Assembly: GCA_964557045.1 (NCBI GenBank)
Contig: CAZKYB010000002.1
Span: 1,212-65,211 of the forward strand
Origin: an uncultured archaeon
Lineage (GTDB): Archaea > Iainarchaeota > Iainarchaeia > Iainarchaeales > VGJJ01
Reading direction: 5' to 3'
Length of the DNA: 64,000 nucleotides
In this document: positions 1 to 8,694 of the stretch, in pieces
Layout of the letters: every line of letters starts with the position of its first letter
Position numbering within the stretch: the first letter of the stretch is position 1
The notes under the pieces: model-generated
What the model was told of the DNA's origin: nothing
The model's input: the letters and a program-made list of their open reading frames with translations, nothing else
Database searches by the model: none
Program-made: the position numbers and the translations under genes

Positions 1-1046
1 TTTTCCACATCAATCAACAATACACACGCGTCTTTTCCATTCGTCCACTCAAAATGCCGGCGAATCGAGAAGTCGTGCTCCTCCAAGGTATTCACAAACT
101 TGGAATTGACACGATACAACTGTCCCCAGACCACGTCTTCCAATTCTTCCTTTGGATAGGCGAACTGTAGCCCTACGATTTCTTCTTTCTGCAGGAGAGA
201 TTTGATTTTTTGGAGAGGAAGCCCCTTTTCCTGATGCGCGAAAAAGAATGACTCCTTGGGCTTCTTCAAAAAGGAACGCGCCGCGGCAATCATCCGCGCG
301 AACTGGTTGTGGGAGAGTGCCCCGGCCACGTTGCGCGTGGAGTCCGTGGGATCCACCACCACTAAGAATGATTTAGGAAAGCGATGCCACACGGCCGGGG
401 AATTGGCATAATACTTTTCTAGGTCGATTACGGTGGGATCTCTCCACGTGGACATTCCTTCGAGGGCTTTCTCGAAGGTCCCATACTGAAGGATGAGAAT
501 CTCAACCAAGTATCCCGGAACTCCTTGCATCTTGACATCGGCTCCATACGCAGATATCCCCTTGAGGAATTGCTTGAGCAGGCGGACTTCCCCTTTTTGT
601 TTCTCAGAAAGTTTCTTCTGCATGTACGCCGCGTGAAAGGGCGTGCGATCCACCGCGGAGAGTTTCTCGTGGGCCTTTTCCACTTTGTATGTGGGAACAA
701 TCTCCACCTTGTATCCGTCAATGACCCCGCGCACGTAGGGGTGTTCACTGTAGGCTTCCTCGTGGAAGTTTTTACCAAAGATTAAATGACCTAACTTCAA
801 CCCGGCAGACTGAAACTTATCTCGCGAGAGAGTAGGGGAGTAGAATACGAAAATATCCAAGTCGCGATCCCCCTTCAAGTGGGTTTCACGTGCGATGGAA
901 CCGGCCAACACCGCCCCCACGTGGGGACCCTTGGAGGATTTGATCTTCTTCAAGAGCGAACGCACCATTTTTTCTTCCCCTTTCCGATCCGAAGGAGAGG
1001 GAGTAATCTTGCGCAATACTCCATTCAGCAACGCACGGGGAACCAT
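1..1046 (-). CDS. cca: CCA-adding enzyme (archaeal class I tRNA nucleotidyltransferase). C-terminus is cut off by the window start.
   Basis: My own minus-strand translation (not in the ORF track because the stop lies outside the window) reads MVPRALLNGVLRKITPSPSDRKGEEKMVRSLLKKI...GSIARETHLKGDRDLDIFVFY...GVPGYLVEILILQYG. These are the nucleotidyltransferase G[S]xxR...D.D signature and the archaeal CCA GxxGYxxEILI motif. The ATG is at 1046-1044. Confidence 0.8.
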   Translation of the reverse strand, partial: MVPRALLNGVLRKITPSPSDRKGEEKMVRSLLKKIKSSKGPHVGAVLAGSIARETHLKGDRDLDIFVFYSPTLSRDKFQSAGLKLGHLIFGKNFHEEAYSEHPYVRGVIDGYKVEIVPTYKVEKAHEKLSAVDRTPFHAAYMQKKLSEKQKGEVRLLKQFLKGISAYGADVKMQGVPGYLVEILILQYGTFEKALEGMSTWRDPTVIDLEKYYANSPAVWHRFPKSFLVVVDPTDSTRNVAGALSHNQFARMIAAARSFLKKPKESFFFAHQEKGLPLQKIKSLLQKEEIVGLQFAYPKEELEDVVWGQLYRVNSKFVNTLEEHDFSIRRHFEWTNGKDACVLLIDVE

Positions 1047-1067
1047 ACCGCGAAACCACCACTCGGC

Positions 1068-1077
1068 TTAATATAAT
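1068..1077 (+). promoter_or_regulatory. Putative archaeal TATA box (ttaatataat) about 20-28 nt upstream of the ATG at 1097. The transcript is likely leaderless.
   Basis: An A/T-rich TTAATATAAT element sits in a 50-nt intergenic gap directly upstream of the ATPase start. No SD-like sequence is present. Confidence 0.3.
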
Positions 1078-1096
1078 CCGACGCTTTACTCGCGAA

Positions 1097-2662
1097 ATGA
1101 ATCCCACGAACAACCCCGTTGAAGGCGTCGTACTGGGACGCGGGCCCCATGCCATTATTCGAGAGGGATTCCCGTACAACCTCTATGATATCCACCGCGA
1201 CGAATTGAGCGAGGATGAGAAAAAACTCGCCCTCGCCCTCTCCTCCGCCCTCAACCGAAGCGCGCACACGGATGAATGGACCCAACTCATCCCCCCTAGT
1301 TTCCCCCGCACATTCCCGGGAGCATTCAAGACCCGTATTCTTTCCCTTTCAGATTCCATGGAGTTGGTTGAGAAACTTCCCGCAGACGAAGACTATGCGA
1401 TGCTCGCACGCAAGCTGAAGGAAATACTAGAAGAATACAAGGCCCCCGTGAAAAACATGGATGCCTTCATCACCCGCGTCTTGGATGACGGAATCGGATA
1501 CGGATACTTAGGCGAGCCCATGCGCGACCCCGACTTGGAAGAAGTCATGGTGAATGGCGCCACGCGCAACGTGTTCGTGTATCATCGGAAACACGGAATG
1601 TGTAAGACCGATATTCCCGTGGTCCCCCACGACGCCAGCATCCTTCGCATTGTATCCAAAGCGGCGAAGTTTGCAGGGAGAGGATTCGGGGATCGAGAAC
1701 CCCTGTTGGATGCACGCTTGCCCGATGGATCTCGACTGAATGCGACCTTTGAAACCGTCACTCCCTTTGGTCACTCCCTCACGATACGAAAATACACCTC
1801 GGAAAATCTCTCGATGGTGGAACTGATTGCTAAAGGAACCCTCTCAACGGAGCTCGCCGCGTTCCTCTGGATCATGGTGGAGGGAATGAATGTTCAACCC
1901 ATGAATTTGATTGTTACCGGTGGAAGCGGGTGCGGAAAAACGACCCTCTTGAATGCCCTCTCCACCGTTATCCGCTACCGGGAACGAATCATCTCCATCG
2001 AAGACACGACGGAGTTACAATTCAAGGGACGAGAAAATTGGGTGGCGATGGAGTCTCGCCCATCCATTGGAACGACGCAGGGAGTGAGCATGAATGATTT
2101 GCTCAAGAACTCCATGCGCATGCGACCCGACCGAATCATTGTGGGAGAAGTGCGCGGAGAGGAAGCCCAAACACTTTTCGTGGCCATGGACACCGGACAC
2201 CAAGGATGCTTGGGAACATTACACTCCAACACCGCCCGAGAGATGCTCGTCCGACTCACGACGGAACCCATGAATGTCCCTCAAACACTGGTGCACTTGC
2301 TCAACCTCATCGTGGTCCTGCAGAAAGTCTACGACCCCAAGGAAGGGATGAAACGCCGAGTCATGCAGGTCGCGGAAGTCACGCATTTGGATCAGAACGT
2401 GCTATTGTCCAATCTCTTCGAAAGAAACCCCGACACGGACGTTATCCTCCGCACGGACACCCCGTCGCACACCATGCAGGAGTTGGCCGACATTTCCGGG
2501 AAGAGCAAGACGAGAGTCATCCAGGAATTGGAAGTCCGAGAGAAGATTCTAGAATGGATGCTCAAACATAACATTCGCTCGGCGGTGGACGTGGAGAAGG
2601 TCATCCAGCAATACTATTTCGACCCCCAATCCGTACTTGAGCTTGTCAATCAGGACCTCTGA
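1097..2662 (+). CDS. Type IV pilus/archaellum-family secretion ATPase (FlaI/PilB/GspE-like), 521 aa.
   Basis: Walker A LIVTGGSGCGKTT, Asp box, His box (RIIVGEVRGEEAQTLFVAMDTGHQGCLGTLH), and the GspE/FlaI N2 domain motif VMVNGATRNVFVYHRKHGMCKTDI. No archaellin or FlaJ genes are adjacent. Confidence 0.85.
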   Translation: MNPTNNPVEGVVLGRGPHAIIREGFPYNLYDIHRDELSEDEKKLALALSSALNRSAHTDEWTQLIPPSFPRTFPGAFKTRILSLSDSMELVEKLPADEDYAMLARKLKEILEEYKAPVKNMDAFITRVLDDGIGYGYLGEPMRDPDLEEVMVNGATRNVFVYHRKHGMCKTDIPVVPHDASILRIVSKAAKFAGRGFGDREPLLDARLPDGSRLNATFETVTPFGHSLTIRKYTSENLSMVELIAKGTLSTELAAFLWIMVEGMNVQPMNLIVTGGSGCGKTTLLNALSTVIRYRERIISIEDTTELQFKGRENWVAMESRPSIGTTQGVSMNDLLKNSMRMRPDRIIVGEVRGEEAQTLFVAMDTGHQGCLGTLHSNTAREMLVRLTTEPMNVPQTLVHLLNLIVVLQKVYDPKEGMKRRVMQVAEVTHLDQNVLLSNLFERNPDTDVILRTDTPSHTMQELADISGKSKTRVIQELEVREKILEWMLKHNIRSAVDVEKVIQQYYFDPQSVLELVNQDL

Positions 2663-2702
2663 AAACGGTGGATTTTTAACGAGTAAAAGCCTACTTGAGG
2701 AA

Positions 2703-3509
2703 ATGAAATCCCCTATTCTCTTGGCGTGTTTTTTGGTCCTAGTATCATTCGGAATGCTTGTCCATGCAGACGCGTCATTGGTTGATCCGGTCGTGGAGAA
2801 GGCCAAGCCCAATGGAATATTGGACGCCGGAAGCATCTCCCCCGGAGAAAAAGTCGAACTCATCTTTTCACGCAACTCAGGATATGGGAAAGACGTCCTG
2901 TGGAACCAAGCCATCCTCTCCCTCAATGGAAACGCCAATGGGATTCAAACCTTTGATTCCGAAGAGGGAAGCGAATCCCTCATCACGCGAATTCAAACCA
3001 GCCCCCTCACGCGAGAAGGGGATTACACCTTCAACGTGCAGCTCGTCGGAGAAGAAGGCGTGCTCGAAAATGAAATGTACACGGTCAAGTTGAGCGTGAA
3101 AAAAGGATTATTGAAAGGAAGCCTCTCCGCGGAAAACGTGCAGGGGCGAGTCAACCAACCGTTGAGTTTTACCGTATTATTAGTGAACGATTCCTCCGCC
3201 CCCGTGAACGTATTGGTGCAACCGGCCCTCCCCACGGTTTGGAGCGAGGCACAAACCATTGCCATGAAGCCCCATTCTTTTGTTACCGTGCCCATTGTGG
3301 TGGTTCCTCGATTTGCGGGACCCAAGACGTTTGACATTACCCTTGTGCGCACGGATAATCGCGCGACGGTGGACACACTCCACGCCACATTAGTAGCCAA
3401 CCCCACATTGAAAGACCGGTATTCGGCGGGACTGTATGGGTTTCCCTTCTTCGCCGTGTCGTTGGTTTCCCACTACCTGGCGAATGCATTCTTCAGCTTC
3501 TTGCTCTGA
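2703..3509 (+). CDS. Secreted or surface protein with an N-terminal Sec-type signal peptide, two beta-rich Ig-like regions and a C-terminal hydrophobic anchor. Function unknown.
   Basis: MKSPILLACFLVLVSFGMLVHADA signal peptide (start moved from the ORF-track 2637 to the ATG at 2703). The C-terminus GLYGFPFFAVSLVSHYLANAFFSFLL is hydrophobic. It lies immediately downstream of the pilus ATPase. Confidence 0.5.
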   Translation: MKSPILLACFLVLVSFGMLVHADASLVDPVVEKAKPNGILDAGSISPGEKVELIFSRNSGYGKDVLWNQAILSLNGNANGIQTFDSEEGSESLITRIQTSPLTREGDYTFNVQLVGEEGVLENEMYTVKLSVKKGLLKGSLSAENVQGRVNQPLSFTVLLVNDSSAPVNVLVQPALPTVWSEAQTIAMKPHSFVTVPIVVVPRFAGPKTFDITLVRTDNRATVDTLHATLVANPTLKDRYSAGLYGFPFFAVSLVSHYLANAFFSFLL

Positions 3510-3552
3510 AAACAGGGGCTGTTTTTTAGCCCTTCCGGGAGCCATTCATTGA

Positions 3553-5154
3553 ATGACCAACCCGACGGATACCCCTGCCAAGACTGCCCAGCTGGCTCGG
3601 CGCATCCACGAAGAGATGACGAAGGGGAAAATTAACACCGTCGCCCAGCTCAACCAGAAGAAAAGAGAACTCGCGGATGGGTTAAACCTCAAACACCTCC
3701 CAACGAATCCGGACCTACTCCCTATAATCCAAACCATTGCACCCCTTAAGCAAGAACAAATGGAAATGTTCGCCATCAAACCCGTCCGAAACATCTCCGG
3801 GGTTGCTGTGCTCGCAGCGATGGTCAAACCTCACATTTGTCCACATGGGACGTGTACGTATTGCCCGAAAGGACTCCATCACCCGGCCCCTCCCGCCTAC
3901 ACCGGAGACGAACCGGCTGCGCAGCGAGGGTACCGGAATGACTTCGACCCATTCAAGCAAGTTTACTCGCGCATCGACCAGCTCCAACGCACGGGACAGA
4001 GCACCGACAAGTGTGAGCTCATCATCATGGGGGGAACCTTCCTCTCCATGCCGGAAGAATACCAGTATTATTTCATGCGCGGCTGTTTAGATGGAATATC
4101 CGGAACGCCGCATGACTCTCTTGTCGAGAGTGTAAAGGCCTGCGAGACATCCCCCAATCGAGTGATAGGAATCACCATGGAAACCCGACCGGATGTGGCC
4201 AAGATGAGTGATATCACCCGCATGCTCGAATGGGGCACCACACGCGTGGAGATGGGAGTGCAGTCCGTGTATGATGACGTGCTGCAAACCCTCAACCGGC
4301 AGCACACCATCCAAACCACCATTGATTCGACGCAACGACTGAAGGATTCCTGCTTGAAGGTGGGATATCACATGATGAGCAAGCTCCCGGGATCCACCCT
4401 CGAACGCGACCTGCAAGCCCATTTGGAAGTGTTTCAAAACCCCAACTTCAAACCGGACATGATTAAATTGTACCCCCTGGCCGTCGTGGAGAACACCGCG
4501 CTGTATCCGAAGATGATGCGAGGAGAATACACCCCGATTACGGAAGAGGAAGCCATCACATTCTACTCGAAAGTCAAGGCCGCCGCTCCGGAATGGATTC
4601 GTATTATGCGTGTGCAGCGAGACATTCCCTCGCAGAATATTTCGGCCGGGGTCAAGAAAACCAATTTGAGACAATTGGTGAATGAGCGCATGAAAGAAGA
4701 AGGAACCCAGTGTCGCTGTATCCGCTGCCGAGAGGTCGGATTCAAGCGCACCCGAGAAGGATTGACTCCCAAAAAGATTGAATTGGTGCGAAGAGACTAT
4801 GAAGCATCCAAGGGAAAGGAAATCTTTCTTTCCTATGAGGATGTGGAGCAGGATATTTTGATTGGATTCACCCGCCTGCGCATCCCCCATCAACCCACCC
4901 TCACTGAGTTAGAAAACTCGGCGTACATTCGCGAATTGCACGTGTATGGGCAGTCCATCCCCTTAGGAGAGCAAATCCAAAAGAGTGGACAGCACAAGGG
5001 GTTAGGAAAGAAACTCCTCGCGGAAGCCGAAAGAGTGGCCCAGGAAGAATTTGGACTCAAAACAATGAACATTATTGCTGGAATTGGCGTGCGAGAATAC
5101 TACCGCAAACTCGGCTACACACAAAACGGCTCCTTCGTGGCGAAGAACCTCTAA
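3553..5154 (+). CDS. elp3: Elp3-like radical-SAM/GNAT tRNA-modifying enzyme (elongator protein 3 homolog).
   Basis: Radical SAM CxxxCxxC (CPHGTCTYCP) plus a C-terminal GNAT acetyltransferase region. The 533-aa length is typical. Confidence 0.9.
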   Translation: MTNPTDTPAKTAQLARRIHEEMTKGKINTVAQLNQKKRELADGLNLKHLPTNPDLLPIIQTIAPLKQEQMEMFAIKPVRNISGVAVLAAMVKPHICPHGTCTYCPKGLHHPAPPAYTGDEPAAQRGYRNDFDPFKQVYSRIDQLQRTGQSTDKCELIIMGGTFLSMPEEYQYYFMRGCLDGISGTPHDSLVESVKACETSPNRVIGITMETRPDVAKMSDITRMLEWGTTRVEMGVQSVYDDVLQTLNRQHTIQTTIDSTQRLKDSCLKVGYHMMSKLPGSTLERDLQAHLEVFQNPNFKPDMIKLYPLAVVENTALYPKMMRGEYTPITEEEAITFYSKVKAAAPEWIRIMRVQRDIPSQNISAGVKKTNLRQLVNERMKEEGTQCRCIRCREVGFKRTREGLTPKKIELVRRDYEASKGKEIFLSYEDVEQDILIGFTRLRIPHQPTLTELENSAYIRELHVYGQSIPLGEQIQKSGQHKGLGKKLLAEAERVAQEEFGLKTMNIIAGIGVREYYRKLGYTQNGSFVAKNL

Positions 5155-5188
5155 AATCATTAATAAGGGACGGATTTCTCCCACTTTC

Positions 5189-5560
5189 ATGCTTGAATTT
5201 TTCATGGGACTCATCATCCTCCTCCTCGCAGGGGCGTGCTTCTTCCTCTATCGGCGCATTCAGGAGCTTTCCTCGTATGCCAACCAATTATCCTTCTCCA
5301 AGCAATCCCAATCGGTAAAGTATGGGAAGATGAGTGAGAACTGGATCCCCCTCTCGGAGAAATTCCCCTACGATAAGGAGAAGTTTCGCTTCCTGGGAAA
5401 CCCCATCGATGGAATTGCCTTCCTGGATGACAAGATCGTATTCTGCGAATTCAAGGCTAATACGTCCCGACTCTCAACGAACCAGGAAAACATCAAGGAA
5501 TTGGTGAAAAGCAAGAAAGTAGAGTGGATGGAATACCGAATTCCATCTGAAAAAGAATAG
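5189..5560 (+). CDS. Membrane-anchored PD-(D/E)xK nuclease-like protein distantly related to the Holliday junction resolvase Hjc (COG4741-like predicted secreted/membrane endonuclease).
   Basis: An N-terminal TM helix (MLEFFMGLIILLLAGACFFLY) is followed by a PD...(D/E)xK-like core GNPIDGIAFLDDKIVFCEFKAN. Start moved from the ORF-track 5075 to the ATG at 5189. Confidence 0.45.
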   Translation: MLEFFMGLIILLLAGACFFLYRRIQELSSYANQLSFSKQSQSVKYGKMSENWIPLSEKFPYDKEKFRFLGNPIDGIAFLDDKIVFCEFKANTSRLSTNQENIKELVKSKKVEWMEYRIPSEKE

Positions 5561-5571
5561 AGAAAAAACGA

Positions 5572-6621
5572 TTATTCAAATCGATACCGCAGTAGCGCAG
5601 CAATTCCACTTAGGCCTTCGAGCTGTTTTCCCGGCTCGTGCTTGACATCCAACACGTACGCTATAATTCCCGATTGGTGACAATACTCCTGCAGGGCCGA
5701 GGACTTCTCACGACTGGAATGGTCAAACGTAGAGGAGATTAACACCGTGTGAGCCGCCCCTACTTTCACCGCACGCTCAACATGAGAAAAACCATACGCA
5801 GAAAGACCGTCGTCCTTTCCCAGATGCAATAAAACTTCCTGCATCAACGAGGCCTCTTTGGCCAGGCGTGATTCCCCGAGGGCTTTGGCGATGGATTGGC
5901 TTGAAAGGGCCTCTCGCATCCCTTTCTCCCCCGTGTTGGTGGTGGCCACGGAGAGGAATTGCTTAGGATTCGTCTTGGGATTTCGCTCCTGCAAATACTT
6001 CACCAAGGATTCCCGCGTGAAACCCGGACCCGCAAGGATGATGGTGGGCAAAGGAGACGCAAAAATGATTTCTGCAAGCTTGGCAAAATACTTTTCCTCG
6101 TTGGATTCATTCTGGTATTGCTTCCCTGATTTTTGCGCATCAATCACCCCCACCTCCTTCAACCCTGAACTCGACACTTGAATGAGGCGCGCCTCTTCAT
6201 CATCCAACACCACACTAAAGTATAGCGGCTTTTGAGAATCTTTTTCGTATTGTTTGATCTTCTCAATCTCGTGCGAGAGCCACTCTTTCTTGGTGATGGA
6301 AATAGGGGTGTAGAGACCGAACACTAAGGAGTGGTGCGCATGCAACTCCACAAACTCCGCCGGGGAACCCTCCTCGATAGAACCGGAAACGCGTAAGGAG
6401 GGAGTGGACTCATCCACTTCGGTGCTGTTCACCTTGATCAACAACTTCATCGGTAAACGGAAGGCCTTTTGCCCGGCTTCCTTGGGTTTGATGGCCCGGT
6501 CGGTTTCCCCAAACACCAAATCCCCCTCCCGGATGAGGGAGGCCACAAAGGGGAAATCGTCCGAGGAATGACACTCGACTACGATTCGCTTCTCCAATGC
6601 ACTCAGACGTAAAATCCTCAT
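5572..6621 (-). CDS. pelA: Pelota (Dom34 homolog; mRNA surveillance and ribosome rescue).
   Basis: eRF1-like three-domain protein with no GGQ motif. Start moved to MRILRLSALEK (ATG at 6621-6619), giving about 349 aa. Confidence 0.8.
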   Translation of the reverse strand: MRILRLSALEKRIVVECHSSDDFPFVASLIREGDLVFGETDRAIKPKEAGQKAFRLPMKLLIKVNSTEVDESTPSLRVSGSIEEGSPAEFVELHAHHSLVFGLYTPISITKKEWLSHEIEKIKQYEKDSQKPLYFSVVLDDEEARLIQVSSSGLKEVGVIDAQKSGKQYQNESNEEKYFAKLAEIIFASPLPTIILAGPGFTRESLVKYLQERNPKTNPKQFLSVATTNTGEKGMREALSSQSIAKALGESRLAKEASLMQEVLLHLGKDDGLSAYGFSHVERAVKVGAAHTVLISSTFDHSSREKSSALQEYCHQSGIIAYVLDVKHEPGKQLEGLSGIAALLRYRFE

Positions 6622-6677
6622 TTCTAAGGCATGGGTCGAGCGTTGTTTAAAATAGCCATCCGGCCCCAAATACGTGT

Positions 6678-6875
6678 ATGCGCACCCTCTCCAAGATTGG
6701 ATGGTTCACCCTAGCCGTGGCCGCTCTCCTAGTAATGGGGGGACTGGCCCACTACGGATTGTTCACGGATGCCGGCATCGCCCTCGGAAGAGTCATCGGG
6801 ACCCTATTTTGGGGGGCCATCCTGTGGGGAGGAATCCTCCTCGCCCTCATGGCCGTACTCTTCCTCCAGGCGTGA
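6678..6875 (+). CDS. Small two-TM membrane protein (65 aa), unknown function.
   Basis: Two clear hydrophobic helices, in an intergenic gap between pelota and ABCE1. Confidence 0.3.
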   Translation: MRTLSKIGWFTLAVAALLVMGGLAHYGLFTDAGIALGRVIGTLFWGAILWGGILLALMAVLFLQA

Positions 6876-6890
6876 GGGAGCTAACTATCT

Positions 6891-8666
6891 ATGTCTCTCA
6901 AGCGAATCGCCGTCATTGACCATAACAAGTGCTACCCCGACAAGTGCGGGTGGGTCTGTCAGAAGAAGTGTCCCGTGAACCGAGCCGGACAGGACTGTAT
7001 CACGCAAGACACCGTTAAGGTAAAAGCCGTCATTTCGGAAGAACTCTGCACGGGGTGTGGGATTTGCCCCCGCGTCTGTCCGTTTGGAGCGATTACTATC
7101 ATCAACCTGGACGTGGACTTTGGGGACCCCATCCATTCGTATGGGAAAAACGCCTTCCGATTGCACCGACTTCCCCTCCCCCAGAATGGGAAGGTGGTTG
7201 GGATTGTTGGACGGAATGGAACCGGAAAAACAACCGCCATTTCCATTCTCTCTGGACAACTCACGCCCAACCTGGGAGACTACGAAGGAACCGCCTCCTA
7301 TGAGAAAGCACTAGAAAAGTTCCGAGGAAAAGAACTCCACACCCTCTTCTCCAAAATCTCCCAAAAGAAACAAGTCCTCTCGGTCAAGCCCCAGATGGTG
7401 GAAAAAATTCCCCTCGTACACAAGGGAACCGTACGCGAATTACTCCACCCCATCAACCCTGCTAAGTATGACCGCGTGATTGAAGAATTGGGATTGACCA
7501 ACGTCACGCAGCGAGAAATCAAACAACTCTCGGGAGGAGAATTACAGAAGGTGGCAATTGCGGCTGCGGCATTGAAGGATGCATCTACGTATTTTATCGA
7601 CGAACCCTCCTCGTATCTGGACATACGTGAACGATTGCGCGCCGCGGGATTCATTCGCAATTTATTGACGGATGAAAAGAGTGTCATCGCAGTGGAACAC
7701 GACCTGGTTTTGTTGGACTACCTCTCGGATAGTGTTCACCTCATGTTTGGCACCCCCGCCGTATTCGGAGTCGTATCCTCCGTCCACCCCACGCGTGAAG
7801 GAATCAACCTCTACCTGGAAGGATATGCCAAGGACGAAAACTACCGCTTTCGTGACCACCCCATCACGTTCATGGAAAAGGGAGCGCGAGACATCAAGAA
7901 GCAGCAATCCCTCCTGCACTGGCCCGCATTCAACGTGAAACAGGGAGAGTTCTCCCTGAACGTGGAGGCGGGAAGCCTCTCCACGCATCAAAGCGTCGGA
8001 ATCCTGGGACCGAATGGGATCGGAAAAACCACCTTCGTGAAAGTACTCGCAGGAATCCTCCAACCCGCCGAAGGACCCTTGCCCCAACGATTGCCGGTGG
8101 CGTACAAACCCCAGTATTTGGAAACCACCCCCCACACGACGGTGGAGGAATTCCTCCATGGGAAGCTCGCTCCGGACATGCGAGAAGCTAAACATCTCCT
8201 CATTGAGCCGTTGCATTTGCCCTCATTGTATGAGAAACAACTCGACACGCTCTCCGGAGGAGAATTGCAGCGCGTGGCAATCGCGGCGGCGCTGGGATCC
8301 GACGCTCCACTGGTGCTGTTGGACGAACCCTCCGCCATGCTGGACGTGGAACAACGATTGCAGGTGGCAAAGGTCATTCGAAACGTGGTGGATAACACCG
8401 AGCGAAGCGTCCTGACCGTGGACCACGACCTCATGTTCATGGATTACGTCTCGGACCGACTATTATTGTTCGACGGAGACCCCGGAAAGAAAGGACACGT
8501 GAGGGGGCCCCTGAGCATGGAAGAAGGAATGAATGGATTATTGTCCCAACTAGGAATCACCGTGCGACGAGACCAGAACACGAAAAGACCGCGCATCAAC
8601 AAGCTCGGAAGCGTCAAGGACACGGAACAGAAGCGCGCGAACGAATACTATTACACGAAGGCATAA
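6891..8666 (+). CDS. abce1: ABCE1 / RNase L inhibitor (ribosome recycling factor).
   Basis: N-terminal 4Fe-4S ferredoxin domain (CTGCGICPRVCPFGAI) followed by two ABC ATPase domains (GRNGTGKTT, GPNGIGKTT; LSGGELQ signature twice). 591 aa. Confidence 0.9.
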   Translation: MSLKRIAVIDHNKCYPDKCGWVCQKKCPVNRAGQDCITQDTVKVKAVISEELCTGCGICPRVCPFGAITIINLDVDFGDPIHSYGKNAFRLHRLPLPQNGKVVGIVGRNGTGKTTAISILSGQLTPNLGDYEGTASYEKALEKFRGKELHTLFSKISQKKQVLSVKPQMVEKIPLVHKGTVRELLHPINPAKYDRVIEELGLTNVTQREIKQLSGGELQKVAIAAAALKDASTYFIDEPSSYLDIRERLRAAGFIRNLLTDEKSVIAVEHDLVLLDYLSDSVHLMFGTPAVFGVVSSVHPTREGINLYLEGYAKDENYRFRDHPITFMEKGARDIKKQQSLLHWPAFNVKQGEFSLNVEAGSLSTHQSVGILGPNGIGKTTFVKVLAGILQPAEGPLPQRLPVAYKPQYLETTPHTTVEEFLHGKLAPDMREAKHLLIEPLHLPSLYEKQLDTLSGGELQRVAIAAALGSDAPLVLLDEPSAMLDVEQRLQVAKVIRNVVDNTERSVLTVDHDLMFMDYVSDRLLLFDGDPGKKGHVRGPLSMEEGMNGLLSQLGITVRRDQNTKRPRINKLGSVKDTEQKRANEYYYTKA

Positions 8667-8694
8667 TTATTAATCAATTCCACCCAATCACACC

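Noticed and set aside
428-1285. ORF-track entries on both strands (428..778-, 525..785+, 886..1179-, 1025..1285-) with Arg/Pro-rich translations.
   Set aside because: They are alternative frames of the real minus-strand cca gene (1..1046). Their compositions are non-protein-like. The true frame gives a clean CCA-adding enzyme but was not listed because its stop is outside the window.
4087-4893. 268-aa antisense ORF inside elp3. Similar long antisense ORFs are 2206..2571, 23514..24113, 44297..45037, 45737..46477, 56851..57699 and 59010..59912.
   Set aside because: Each lies opposite a confidently identified gene and has His/Arg/Gly-rich low-complexity translations typical of antisense frames in GC-balanced DNA. 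There is no independent support.
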